Below, piece after piece: positions 13,616 to 27,373 of a stretch of 64,000 nt of DNA. The stretch is from Octopus vulgaris (taxonomy: Eukaryota). How positions within the stretch are numbered: the first letter of the stretch is position 1; each line of letters opens with the position of its first letter. The notes below the pieces were generated by a model. It searched no databases. It saw only the letters and a program-made list of their open reading frames with translations, and was not told where the DNA came from. The DNA lies in contig OX597817.1 of NCBI GenBank assembly GCA_951406725.2, positions 131,750,001 through 131,814,000 of the forward strand, in the 5' to 3' direction. Made by a program: the position numbers and the translations under genes.

Positions 13616-13825
13616 AACTATATGCTATATATATATATATATAATAACAATTTAATAAATAAAACATATGCGTACATACATACATATATATGTACATACC
13701 TACAACTATATGTATATATGCATGCATATATGGGCACAGGATACCCCCCCCCCAAAAAAAAAACGTAGAACGCAACGATAAACGAAAACATGATCGAACG
13801 CCACGCATCAACTTCCAAGTAAGTT

Positions 13826-13863
<38 letters not shown>

Positions 13864-13906
13864 GTCTATTTATATCTATATATATCTATATATATATCTA
13901 TCTATC

Positions 13907-14046
<140 letters not shown>

Positions 14047-14781
14047 GAAATAGAAAGATGAATAATCTTGTTGCAGATTAATCGAAAGTTTAACCGATAC
14101 CTTGGTAGCAAAAATCACAGCAGAAGACAGCACGGTTGGAGGTACAACCATATGGTGTTGCAACCGTGCGTTGGTGCGGATAATTGAATTTTAATATTAT
14201 TAGTGAATTGAAGAAATGGAGTTGAACGAAGATTGAACAGAAATCGTTTTATTGCATTCTACACGTGTTTCGAAAGGCACAATTTACCAAATTCCGATTG
14301 AATAAGGAGACCATATTGTGTCTTTCTCTTCAGGAAGAAATAGGAAATCCGTCGGAAAAAACAAAAACAGAACAGAGGCGGAGCAAAACAAATCGAACGA
14401 GGCTCCTAAGAGCCCATGGCCAAACTGTTTATCAAAGTATGTTGAAAACGGGTGGTGGGTGCGTTGAAGATTTTAACGGGTCAGGCAGCTGTCATTCCGG
14501 TGGGTGAGAGCACGGGGTGCTTAGATGTTCTTTGTGACCGAGACTAAAGTTCTGACTATTTAAAGAATATTAGGTGTATTATATGGGGCGAGACAAAATC
14601 TACTTAGAAACATATATATATATACGCGGTCACATTTTGAATCATATATATATATATATATATATATTGGTATTACGTGACTGTTTGGTTTCGAAGCTTT
14701 TGCACAACCACAAAGTTTAAGGCAGAATCCCATCCGCGTCACCCTGGCTTTGTATGTGAATTTTGTAGACGGAAACACATG

Positions 14782-14822
<41 letters not shown>

Positions 14823-15573
14823 GCACGCACGCACACACACTCACGCGCGTGCACACACACACACATACACATGATCACATGCACACAAACACACAAAAAC
14901 ACAGGTGTGTGTGTGTATGTGCTCGAGTGTATACGTTTGTATGTTATTGTGTGTTTGCATTCCGTGTCTGCAAATTATAGTGTTGTGTAAATTTAAATTT
15001 ATTTTCCTCATTAATTCACCTCTGCCAGAACACAGGCTGTTGCCGAATTTAGCGTTGTGCTTTATTAAAGAAATCTATCACCAAAGGAATATCAGGCATT
15101 GAAATCTAGCGAAAGAAACAAGAAAAAAATGCCTAAATTACCCACTTGTAAATGAATGAATACTTAGACACAGAAAGAGAAAGAGAAAGAGAGAGAGAGA
15201 CAGAGAGAGAGACAGACAGAGGGGCAGAGAGAAAAAGGGAAAGAGAGGGGTGACTGAGAGAGGAGAAGAGGGTGAAGAAAAAAAGAAAAAAGAGAAAAAA
15301 CACAATTTACTTGAGCAAATGTTAACCGCGCCTAATAGCCTAGAGCAGTTGCCATTTTGGCACGCTTAATTTGGTTAAGAAATAATGAAATGCGTTCAAC
15401 TAACAATATTGGTCTGCTGCTTAGACCAAGGTAATAACTTTAGCCAACACAGTGCTTGCCGGTTAAATTAAAACAGCTAGGTAACTTAATTTGCCGGTCT
15501 AAACTTTATTTCTAAATCTTTTCGGTCAAACACATTTAGAAATATATACTTTCTTAATCAACATACCTAAACA

Positions 15574-15653
<80 letters not shown>

Positions 15654-15908
15654 ATATATATGTGATGTGTGCATGTGTGTGTGTGTGTGTGTTTTCAAAA
15701 AACTTAAAATATAATTATTAAATGTACACCGTATTTCCTGATGTTAGCCACGGTGGTAAAAGGATACTTCCAGACATATATTTAGCTTTGATTAAGACAG
15801 TCGTCGTGGTGTTGTTTAATGTGTTTGCAGCTGATATTTCACACAAGCTTTGTTGACAATCTTCTCAAAGCGTCAGTACGTGTTAAATAAACAACAGCAG
15901 TGCCTCTG

Positions 15909-15976
<68 letters not shown>

Positions 15977-16198
15977 CTTGGAAATGGATGTATGACGTTC
16001 AATTAAATAATAATATAAATTATATATATATATATAATTAACAGTTATCACCAAGCTAATATGGCAGTCCATAAATATAAGACTAAAGCTGCCGTTGATT
16101 AGCTCCAAGAGGCCATCGCCTCTAGCTAGCTATATGACACACGAACCTGTGTCTATTATAACCTTCAAACAGGGGAGGCCAGCCGCTTTCCCTTTCTG

Positions 16199-16291
16199 GT
16201 CAAGGCCCACAGGAAGCGTTGATGCTTCCTAGGGCTAAATAGCGGTAGTGTAATTCCCTCTATGGGGGACTGTCACTGACAGTATACAACT

Positions 16292-16292
<1 letters not shown>
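16199..16292 (+). repeat. copy of a structured repeat also found at 58499-58604 and 58867-58970
   Basis: CAGGAAGCGTTGATGCTTCCTAGGGCTAAATAGCGGTAGTGTAATTCCC...GACTGTCA.TGACAGTATACAAC matches 58867-58965. Confidence 0.8.
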
Positions 16293-16387
<95 letters not shown>

Positions 16388-16490
16388 TATGTATGTATGT
16401 ATATACGGTCGCGACAACACTTCTCTATGTAGTATAGCTATACACGTATATATACACAGACATATGTACATTCCACCATCGCGAATCTTG

Positions 16491-16524
<34 letters not shown>

Positions 16525-16879
16525 TTTACTCTCTCCCTTCCTCTCTCCGAACTTACACACACATACGCACACACACACACACTTAAGCGAATGCACACGC
16601 TGCAACTTATTCGTGTGCGCTCATGTAAACCGAACCAAAATCGACTTGTGTCAATACCTGACTGTAGTCTCTAGCGCACGTACACACACACACACACACA
16701 CGCCCGCGCACAAACACACACACCACACACACATACTCAAACTCATTCACAATTATACAAATACTTGTACGTGTCTAGAACAACACATTTTAAAACGAGC
16801 ACACCCACATACACAATTATATCACACTATCCAAATATATGTAAGTGTTTTTATGTGTGAATATATACGTGCATATTTA

Positions 16880-16941
<62 letters not shown>

Positions 16942-17004
16942 GTATACATATATATGTATATATATTTATATATATATATATATACATAAATATATGTATA
17001 TATA

Positions 17005-17341
17005 TACTTTTATACTTTTACTTTGTTTTAGTCATTTGACTGCGGCCATACTGGTGCATCGACTTTAGGCGAGTAATTCGACCCCAGGCCTTATTCTTTG
17101 GAAGCCTAGTACATATTCTATCGGCCAATTTTGCCGAACTGCTAGTTTACCAGCATCGGTTGTCAAGCGATATTGGTAGGGACAAACACACACACAAACA
17201 TATACACACACATATATATATATACACGGCAGGCTTGTTTCAGTTTCCGTCTACGGAATCCGCTAACAAGGCTTTGGTCGGCCCAAGGTTATACTAGCAG
17301 ACTGTTGCCCAAGGTGCCATGCAGTAGGACTGAACCCAGAA

Positions 17342-17343
<2 letters not shown>
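17005..17343 (-). mobile_element. family B SINE (tail plus truncated head)
   Basis: Same motifs as the copy at 29931-30329. Confidence 0.8.
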
Positions 17344-17388
<45 letters not shown>

Positions 17389-17429
17389 TATATATATATA
17401 CATATACAACCATATATATATATATATAT

Positions 17430-17505
<76 letters not shown>

Positions 17506-17920
17506 CACACACATATATATATACATATACAACCATATATATATATATATGCATTTTAACATTGCTGCACAAGATGAGATCCATAGTCACCTGCAGAATA
17601 TAATAAACCTCCTACCTTCCTTCTGTCTTCCTCTTCCTCATCCCCATCTCCACCCACCCCGTAGCCTTCAACTTCGTATTTCTTATCTTTATTCTCTTTA
17701 GCACCCTCTCCTGTTTCACCCTTAGTCTCTCTCCCTCGTTCTCCCTCTCTCTCTCCGTATCACATAATACTACATACTCTACCCTTCGTCTTTTCCATCT
17801 CGCACCTCTTCCTCTTGTTCCTCTTACTCCTCCACGTTTCTGTTATACAACCTAATGTAGCACACCATACTTCTTTCTTCCTTACCACCTACCTTTCTTT
17901 TTCTTCTTTCTTTTGTTTTC

Positions 17921-18020
17921 CTTCTTCTTCTTCTTCTTCTTCTTCTTCTTCTTCTTCTTCTTCTTCTTCTTCTTCTTTATTTTCTTCTTTATTTTCTTCT
18001 TCCTCTTCTTCTTCTTCTTC
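17921..18020 (+). repeat. (CTT)n microsatellite in a pyrimidine-rich tract (about 17610-18250)
   Basis: Direct reading. Confidence 0.9.
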
Positions 18021-18479
18021 TTGTCATCGTCCTTCTTTCTCCTCTCCACATTTTTCTACTTGTCGTCTTCCCTCCTCCCCTCATCCTCCCACTCCTCCTC
18101 TCCCTCCACTGCTGCCTCAACGTTCTTCCCCACCTCCACTTTCTACTCCGCCCCCTTTCTCTTATTCTTACACATATTCCTTCATTCTCTTCCCTGCTTT
18201 TCTACTTTTGTCCCTTCAACTCAAATGTCAACCTCTTCAAGCCACCCCTTAACAGCCCTTATTGCACCATAAGCTTTTTCTAGTTTGACTGCTCTTTCCC
18301 GATACTCTTTCGCCAGTGCTCCTTGTAATAATACTCAGTTGCTCTCCTCTCCAATTCCATATATCTTATTTTTTAATTAAGGAAGTCCTTATCTACCTCA
18401 CATAATCATTGTATTTCAGTCGAGAAACCTTCAAGATACGATCGGTTTTTCCAATTATTTGCATATCATTGACTCTCAG

Positions 18480-18850
18480 ACATAGAATCTCAGAATATCA
18501 GGCGCAGGTATTCGCTTTGCGATCACATTCTTTCCTGTTCGGTCACACTTCGAAGCAGCTTAGGCAAGCATCTTCTACAGGATGTTCAAAACGTCTCTCC
18601 GCAGCACGTATTTAATGGGTTCTCGAGCGATTCTTGTACACTGGTCCCTTACTTGCTCCCCATGAAAAAAGTCTGGCGGTGTTAAATGAGGTGATCTTGG
18701 TGGTCAAAATCCTTTCGAAATAATCTGTTCACCGAAAAACTCTTGAAGTAGCGCCATGGTGAGGCGCAGGATGAAAAATAAATTCGCTGCTGAGAGGCAT
18801 TTTGAAACAGCCTGTACTGTAACCCGGGGACGCCCCAATGCCTTGTGAGG
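18480..18850 (-). pseudogene. Tc1/mariner transposase C-terminal remnant
   Basis: Minus strand reads FFGEQIISKGF*PPRSPHLTPPDFF...KGPVYKNRSRT, matching the WPPRSPDLTPxDFFLWG motif. Confidence 0.75.
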
Positions 18851-19086
18851 GAATATGGTAGAGAGAAACTATGTGTAGGCTAGTTGGACACACACTTACA
18901 CACACCATTCTTAAGGATTCTGAAGGATCCGGGTTACCGACAGAAGTTGGCGGAACTGTAAGTCGCATCAAACCGAATCAAACTGCTTTCAATAATAGTA
19001 TATGTAACACATTCGAAAAGTGTGATCGACTCTTTCTTTCGTTCGTCCACTCCTCCGCATATATGTCTGTATATATACATGTATAT

Positions 19087-19161
<75 letters not shown>

Positions 19162-19723
19162 ATATATATATGTATACATATGAGTGTGTGTGTGCGTGTG
19201 TGTGCGTGCCTGTGTATAACGCGCACATCCATGTGCGAATATGATTTTGCATATTTCCAAAGATAATATGAATTCGTTAAAGAAACTATTCTCATTTGGA
19301 GTCGTAATTAAAATGCAAATTATTGATTCTATTTTCTGTTTTTCTATTTTCATTTGCCTTTTAGCCAAAAAAAAAAGAAAAAAATTAAAAAAAGAAATAA
19401 CTGAAAAGAAGAGAGAAAGAAATTCATTTTAGTGGCTCACTTAAATTCTATTAATTATGTTAAATATTTGAATATATATTTGATTTTTGAGTTTAATTTT
19501 TTCCGATTAGTTTCAGTCCACGTAGCAAATTTCAAAACACACACACACACATACACACACACACACATACACACACATACACACATAAACACACACACTC
19601 ACACACAAACACATACACACAGTTGTATATATATATATCAGCGTGTTCGTGTCTGCGTGTACATATGTATACATACATATATATACATACATACACCAAA
19701 CACACATGCACATACACACACAC

Positions 19724-19784
<61 letters not shown>

Positions 19785-20414
19785 TACATCAGCGTTTCCT
19801 ACTTCTCAGTAGCGATTTTCTAAAATTGCTATTAATGAAAATTTTGATTAAAATAATGTTTTAATTTACATAATTTTTCCTCGGTGGTTCAACAAAATAG
19901 TTAAAACACAACAAATGGTTTCTGTTAAATCCAATTTGTTGTGTTAGAACTGTTGAAGCGAATCTATGGCTTCACTGATTTCTAACAGAACTCAGCTTCG
20001 ATGCAGGGTTTTTCCAATTTAACATTACGTTCGTTAAATGTAGCATAGCTTGCTCCACCTCGATCTGCCTGTCCACAACTTGTTACCCTGGAGAAAGGTG
20101 ATTGATAGGAACAGCTGGGTCATAAAGTGGAGCACTTTAATACAGACAGGACAATAAGCATATTTCGTTATCGTGGACAAGCAGAAAATGTTTCAACACA
20201 TTGTCATTCATCCATCCATTTTCTGCACTGACTATTCCTAGTTGGGTCATCAGGTGGATTCTCCATGGCATTCTATCAGAAGTACTTATGATTAGACTTC
20301 TCTGCTGGATCCCTAAGCGTTTCCAACAGAAAATATGGACATTATCTGCTCATCTTATTCTTGGTCTGTTCCTAAGCTGTTGGCTTGGCAAGGAAAATCC
20401 ATCTTTTGATACAT

Positions 20415-20576
20415 TCCTGCGGTACATTATTTACATTATTTACATTCGACGGATATTTGTCCTCATCTTGTTTGTTGCTAACACAAGGTTTCGGCTGATA
20501 TACCCTCCATCCTTCATTAGGTGTCTTGGGGAGATTTTGAACCTGGGTTCTCATTCCTAAGGTATTTTTCGATGTT
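20415..20576 (-). mobile_element. short hammerhead-bearing element (Penelope pLTR-like); inverted partner at 22433-22540
   Basis: Minus strand 20524-20481 reads acac-CTAATGA-A-GGATG gagggtatat CAGCC-GAAAC-CT-T-gtgt. The partner copy shares AACATCGAAAAATACCTTAGGAAT and AACAAACAAGATGAGGACA. Confidence 0.65.
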
Positions 20577-20648
20577 CGAGTTCGATTCCAGTCAGTGACC
20601 TGAATAATAATAAAAATAAAAGTAAAAATGATGATGGTAATAATATTA

Positions 20649-20707
<59 letters not shown>

Positions 20708-20729
20708 AGTAATAATAATAATAATAATA

Positions 20730-21596
20730 TCTGCCAAGAAAAGAGGGATGCCGTGGACTTTTACAACTGAAATTAACAATGAAGACTGCCTGAAAAACTC
20801 TGAGGACTGGATGTTAAAACTTGTCTCAAAACATGAAAACAAGAAAGCATCATACTCAGTAACAAAACAGGCAAAGGAATATCTAAGGGAATTCCGAATA
20901 CAACAAATTTCGGAATTAGACATATAAGAAACAAGCACAGAAAAAGCTAAGCGCATGAAAACCAGTGCTAAAACTGCTGCCTTAGATATTCTGAATGATA
21001 AATGGCAAGAAAATCCTCTGAATGGCAAAAACCCAAAGAGAGTGAATAATGTAGATGTTGACAAAGCCCTGACCCATCAATGGCTAATGGCCTCTGGCTA
21101 GGCGTCATATTGAAAGACTTCAGATAAAAAACATGCCTCCTCATTGATATGACTGTCCCAATCGATATAAGCGTATCTGTCAAGACCTACCAGAAACTGA
21201 GCAAATATAAAAATCTTCTAATAGAAATCAACAAAATGTGGAACCTGAAAACTAAAACAATAACTGTTGTATGTGCCCTGGGAATGATAGCAAAAGGGGC
21301 TGACTGCTATCTAACTCAGATACCAGGAAACCCCAAAATGGCAGAAATTCAAAAGATAGTGCTCATGGGAACTGCTCATATCCTACGCAAAATACTTTCT
21401 ATGTAATCTTAATTTTAAAACAAACATAATTTTCGTATGGTCTTTTAGGCATTCACTAGTACAACACTAAGTACAAAACCAAATATAGAGAACCCTAGGC
21501 ATAACACTAACCCGAACTTCCAACCTGTTGTCTCTTGAGGTCTCTGGGTGAGACTTGGAGCCAGCTTGTGCAAATGTAAAGCAAAAGTCAAACATA

Positions 21597-21597
<1 letters not shown>
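20730..21597 (+). pseudogene. R4/Dong-type RLE LINE 3' fragment with 3' UTR, in (TAA)n
   Basis: KKTCLLIDMTVPIDISVSVKTYQKLSKY...KMWNLKTKTITVV.ALGM...IQKIVLMGTAHILRKILSM*, the restriction-like endonuclease C-terminus. Flanked by (TAA)n. Confidence 0.88.
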
Positions 21598-21661
<64 letters not shown>

Positions 21662-21722
21662 GTAATAGTAATAATAATAATACCCCAGTGTCACTTTGAT
21701 GGCATGAACTGCTCTCTCACTC

Positions 21723-21780
<58 letters not shown>

Positions 21781-21781
<1 letters not shown>

Positions 21782-22054
21782 TTATATGGGAATGATCCCT
21801 GGCTTACCATCCCTGCAAGAAGTGCAAAAGATTGTCTTAACTGGTACATCACACGTATTGAGAAGAGCATTGTCGATGTGAGAACTGTTGCTGCTCATGT
21901 ATTTTAATTCAACTTAAAAAAAAAAAATAAAATGAACGAACTACTGAGTTTGGTTTAATGGCCTACCAATATACACTATGAGTTTCTTTGCCCTAGGAGT
22001 CGGGAATACACTCGGCAAGAAATGGAAGAAAATTTGGAAGAAGAAAAAAAAAAA

Positions 22055-22055
<1 letters not shown>
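21781..22055 (+). pseudogene. second Dong-type subfamily 3' tip
   Basis: GMIPGLPSLQEVQKIVLTGTSHVLRRALSM* with its own 3' UTR, between (TAA)n tracts. Confidence 0.8.
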
Positions 22056-22090
<35 letters not shown>

Positions 22091-22377
22091 GAGGTAACCA
22101 GAATGTGGAATCTAAAAACAGAAACAATTCCTATCATAGTAGGTGCATTAGGCATGATAAAAAATATTCAGACAAATACATAACAAAAACACCAGGACTT
22201 ACAAACACATATAACATACAGAAAATTGCACTACTAGGCACTGCACACATCCTACGCAGAACACTTTCCATACAATAACCATCAGAGCATCACAACAAAT
22301 CACAGCACATACCCAAGGCACACAGAGCTGCGCTCGGTAGTGAAGTGAAAGCTCGCTATAAAAATAAAACTACTGAA
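22091..22377 (+). pseudogene. third Dong-type subfamily 3' tip
   Basis: EVTRMWNLKTETIPIIVGALGMIK...NIQKIALLGTAHILRRTLSIQ* with a distinct 3' UTR, between (TAA)n tracts. Confidence 0.85.
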
Positions 22378-22397
22378 TAATAATAATAATGATAATC

Positions 22398-22431
<34 letters not shown>

Positions 22432-24254
22432 CAACATCGAAAAATACCTTAGGAATATTAGCCGAAAAGTTGTGTTAACAACAAACAAGATGAGGACAGA
22501 TATCCGTCAAATGTAAATGATGTAAATAATGTACATAATTCCTCATCTTTTAAATATATAGCACTGCATTCGTACGGTGTTCTAATTTCGTGTCCGTAGT
22601 AAGGGAATTGTGACTCCTCACTACGGAGAAGTGGTAGCCTGGCCTGGAGAAATTGCTTGATCTCTACGAACTGTACACCCTGTTGAGTAGCACTACTCTA
22701 GAGATCCTTCGAAGAAAGGCGTTTTCCAAGGAACGCCTATTCGACATCCTTGTTAATAATCAAAGAAATGCAAAAACAATGCAAAACAAAATAGAATGGC
22801 CTTTCAAAACTGGGGCAGATGGGTGCAAAGTACGAAAATAAATTAGGGTATCACTGTGTTATTGATCCTCCTCCTCCTCCTTATCATCATCATTATCATA
22901 ATCACCATCATTATCATTATTATTGTTTTGAGTCTAAGGACACAGAACCGGTTATTCGCTTTTTGTGTGACGTACGAGTGAGGTCAAAAGTTTGACCCTA
23001 AATGCCACGCCCGCATCCATTGGGTTTGCTCATTTACAGCTGAGTGGAATGATGGCAGAGCGAAATGAATTGCTTTGCTGAAGAACACAACGCCTGCTCC
23101 GTGGATCTAAGACACTATCTTGCGATTCTGAGTGCAATGGCCTAACCAATGAACCTAAATTTATCCAATCGACAATAAATATAGATAGATAGACAGATAT
23201 AGATATAGATATATGATTGTCCGCTAGCTCCAAAAGTTCTCTTTTTTTTATTTTCGCTCTGTTTATGTCCTCGTTTTCCTTTCTGCTAAAGAGCGTAGAT
23301 CACAAATTTTATCCCCCATCGTATCCTTTATTAAGGAAGACAGGTTGATAAGTGATATTCGAGGGAAATTTGGCTGCTATTTCTAGCGACCATGAAGAAA
23401 GTGTTACGTTGGATCGACACTGCGTCAAATTTAATTAAAAGTAATAAATGTTAGATCTCATAAAAATCATGTCCTTCTGGGATAAAGAATTACCTCCCGG
23501 TGCATTAATTTTGGCAAGATGTTTTCAGTTTGTATTATTCATAAAATTACGTGGATATTTCTCCCAAATTTACCGAACAAAGACAATTTATACATCAAAT
23601 TTACGAAATCAAGCGAAATCGCAAAATGGCTGCTGCCGAAAGATATATTCTCGCACAGTAACACACATATTCACACACATCACGCACAAATACACACACA
23701 CACACGCATTTCTTTATACACACACTCATATATATATATAGAAAATTCATAGATACACATACACATTATAGAGACACACACATATATACACAGAACATTT
23801 ATAGACACACACACATTCTTTTATATGCATAGGCATATGTATATAAAATATTTATAAAAACATACACACTTCTATATATAAAAACATATATAGACTATTT
23901 AAATTCACACATACGTCTTTACATACATACATACATACATACATGTGTGAGAAAAGCTCTCATGCACATTGGGTATATAAGCAAGGTGTGTATAAACGTC
24001 TCATAACTTTATATGCTTCTCAGTACACGTTCTTGTATGTATATGCAAGAGGTGTAGATTTAATGAACGATTTTTAATAATTTGTTTATTCATGCGCAGA
24101 CATACAAGCATACGCGTACATACATACATACTTAACATTTACCATACGCTTAACTTACAAACAAACACGCACACATATATACGGATATGCAGCATACCCT
24201 GAGTGTATACCTAGATGTACGAATGCTTTTCTTGAGTTTACAGCTCATAATTTG

Positions 24255-24286
<32 letters not shown>

Positions 24287-24728
24287 TACACAAATGCGCA
24301 GGCAAACACCGCAAACGCACACACTCACACGCGCCCAAATGCTTATGTTTCGCGAAAATGATTGCATATTCTCAATTAGCACACGCATCATTTAATCAGA
24401 AAATTACCCTTAATGGTAATGTAGACCCGCAGATTTATGTTGACGCTGTTTTCAGAAATTCTATTGTACAATTTAATATATATTTCTATTCAAAGCCGAA
24501 AACCATTAATTTGCATTATCGTAATTGTAACAAATATCCCATCATGGATTTTTAATAATAATATTTGTGGTTTAAGCATCATGGAGTGTCTTTTCCTTCA
24601 TTTTCTCTTTCATTCATCCTTCACTTGAGGCTGCGGACATGTTAGAGCAGCATCTTCTCTATGTTAGTTATTCGTTTCGGGTATAGTGTAAACTTGCTCG
24701 TAGTTTATCATAGTTTATCGAACCGCTG

Positions 24729-24811
<83 letters not shown>

Positions 24812-24904
24812 TATATAGTTTATATATATGCTTAAATATTAATAAAAAATAGATATTTTCATGTTTTGAGTTATATTTTGCATGTTCGCATCATCATACT
24901 TATG

Positions 24905-24954
<50 letters not shown>

Positions 24955-25526
24955 GGATGTATGTATTGCCTCTATAGATGCCAAATAACATAGCTACAAG
25001 TTTTTTCCCCCACCCCTCCTCCGTTCCTTTTTCTCTCTTTCCCTTTCTTTCGTTCCCCCTCCTTGCTCAGTATATGAGAATTGCTACATATATGAATTTA
25101 GCTTGCGTGCGAGACGGTTTGCGTATATATATATGTACACATGCTTTTATGTGTATAATTTAGATTCATATTCATACGTCTGTATGTGTATGTATGGCGT
25201 TTACGCGCATCCTTTTGTGTATGTTGATATATATATGTGGATTTTAATATAAATATGTATTGCAGTATTTATAACAGGTTTAATTTCTATGCATTAATTT
25301 GTACTGTCTTCATTAACGGCAACAGGTTTTTTCCTCGGTATTTTCCTCGGATTTTATAATTTTTATAAGTTTTTATATATATATACATATATTTTTGACC
25401 TTTTTGTTTATCGCTCGAAGATTGACCGTTTTTTCTAAAGGGCCAATCAAACAAGTCCATTTCTTTTTAAAGGTGTAGCGTTTGTAAGAGTATAGATTGA
25501 ATTAATATATATGTTCCATTCTAGCA

Positions 25527-25573
25527 AAAACTGTCTGATGAACGGCAACGAGAAACTCAGAGTAACAGATTTT
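25527..25573 (+). ncRNA. minimal type-I hammerhead-like motif
   Basis: aaaactgt-CTGATGA-a CG gcaa CG a-GAAA-CTC a GAG-TA-acag: canonical core, weak stem II, near-palindromic stem III, GUA cleavage triplet. Followed by AATAAA and (TA)n. Confidence 0.6.
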
Positions 25574-25600
25574 GTTGAATTTTCTGCTGCTTAAAATAAA

Positions 25601-25633
<33 letters not shown>

Positions 25634-25635
<2 letters not shown>

Positions 25636-25741
25636 AGGGGCTCACGGTCCGAGAGTTTCGTGCGTTGCTTAAATATTAATAAAAAATAGATATTTTCATG
25701 TTTTGAGTTATATTTTGCATGTTCGCATCATCATACTTATG

Positions 25742-25793
<52 letters not shown>

Positions 25794-25897
25794 AGTATGG
25801 TGATTCGAACAGGCAAAATATAACTCAAAATATGAATATATCTATTTTTTATTAATATTTAAGCAACGCACGAAACTATCAGACCGTGAGCCCCTCT
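25634..25897. repeat. 110-bp inverted repeat centred on (TA)n
   Basis: 25634-25743 and 25788-25897 are diverged reverse complements. 25666-25745 is also duplicated directly at 24829-24908. Confidence 0.9.
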
Positions 25898-25914
25898 AGT
25901 GCCGCCGCTCAATA

Positions 25915-26007
<93 letters not shown>

Positions 26008-26019
26008 ATCTATCTATAT

Positions 26020-26084
<65 letters not shown>

Positions 26085-26409
26085 GATGCGTAAACTCCTA
26101 TAGAACCCATCGGGTATGCACAGCAAATATATCCATACACACATAAGTCCATACGTACATGCGCATGTGCAAAGGTAAATGTATTCTTACATATACATAC
26201 CCTACCATCCCATACATATAATTCTTCAAAGAATTACAAACGTTTATATCTAACAGAACGACGGAAGTTCACATCAAATTATAAAATTACTTCCGCCACG
26301 GAACGAACTGAACATAAAACCAAGAATGAAAGTACAAACTTGTCAGGAACTCATCGAGGTATTGGTTTCTTTTCTTTCGTCTTGTTTTATTTGCTTCCCT
26401 CACTGAGAT

Positions 26410-26757
26410 ACGGCCATACTGGGGCATTGTCTTGAAGAGGTTTACATGAACAAATTGTCCGCGGTACTTAGAATTTTTTGAATTGTGTCACTTATTCTAT
26501 AAGGTCACTACGCTAAGGGAACGTCAACAAACCAACACAGGTATTGAAGTAGTGGTGGTGGAACAAACAACAACCTAACAACCTCTCCCCACCACACACA
26601 TGACGGATTATATATTTTCCGTCTATCATATTCACGCACAGAACATTTGTCGGTCCGCGTTTATAGAAAACAGTTGAAGAATGTTCCGCTCACTGGGACC
26701 GAACCCAAGATCATGTAGCAACTAAGCGCGCTCCTTAACCACACAGCCAAACCTGCA
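26410..26757 (-). mobile_element. old family B SINE
   Basis: Diverged tail and head (CTTAACCACACAGCC). Confidence 0.6.
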
Positions 26758-26848
26758 TAAACTTAACATAAACTACTTAGAACTGTTCCGCTAAAACTAC
26801 TTCGAGGTAATAAGTCGTTGTTTTAATGCATAACAGTTGTTTGCTAAA

Positions 26849-27007
26849 ATCCTTTCTACTATAGGCACAAGGCCTGAAATTGGGGAGGGGTCAAGTCGAT
26901 TACATCGACTCCAGTACGCAACTGGTACTTAATTCATTGCCTTCGAAAGGATGAAAGGCAAAATCGACTTCGGCGGAATTTGAACTCAGAACGTAAAGAC
27001 AGACGAA
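26849..27007 (-). mobile_element. family M SINE
   Basis: GAAAGGATGAAAGGCAAAATCGACTTCGGCGGAATTTGAACTCAGAACG. Confidence 0.85.
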
Positions 27008-27034
27008 TACATATACACATATATATATACACAT

Positions 27035-27190
27035 TCTTTATTTTCTCTCCTTGTTTCTTTCCGTGTTCCTTTCTGTGGAAGAGCGTAGGCTCGAAGCATT
27101 AAATACTTTTTCACTTGCCGAGCGTTATACTGATAAATCTGCTTGTTGTCTACACCACCTGTCTTCGTCTTGTTTTTTTGTGAATTCTGC

Positions 27191-27195
<5 letters not shown>
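27035..27195 (+). mobile_element. short hammerhead-bearing element family HH-A (also 40635-40772 minus, 47058-47220 plus, fragment near 23255-23300)
   Basis: cttt-CTGTGGA-A-GAGC gtag GCTC-GAAGCATT. The downstream TGTTGT.TACAC.ACCTGTCTT.GTC is shared by the copies. Ends at (TA)n. Confidence 0.7.
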
Positions 27196-27260
<65 letters not shown>

Positions 27261-27373
27261 CGTTGTTATTATATCAAACTGTCGTATGTCCAAATTTGGC
27301 CAAATGCGTTTTTTCTTTCAATATCCAATTTTGCTTGCTATAGCTGGTTCTTTTGGTCAAACCATCATACTCT

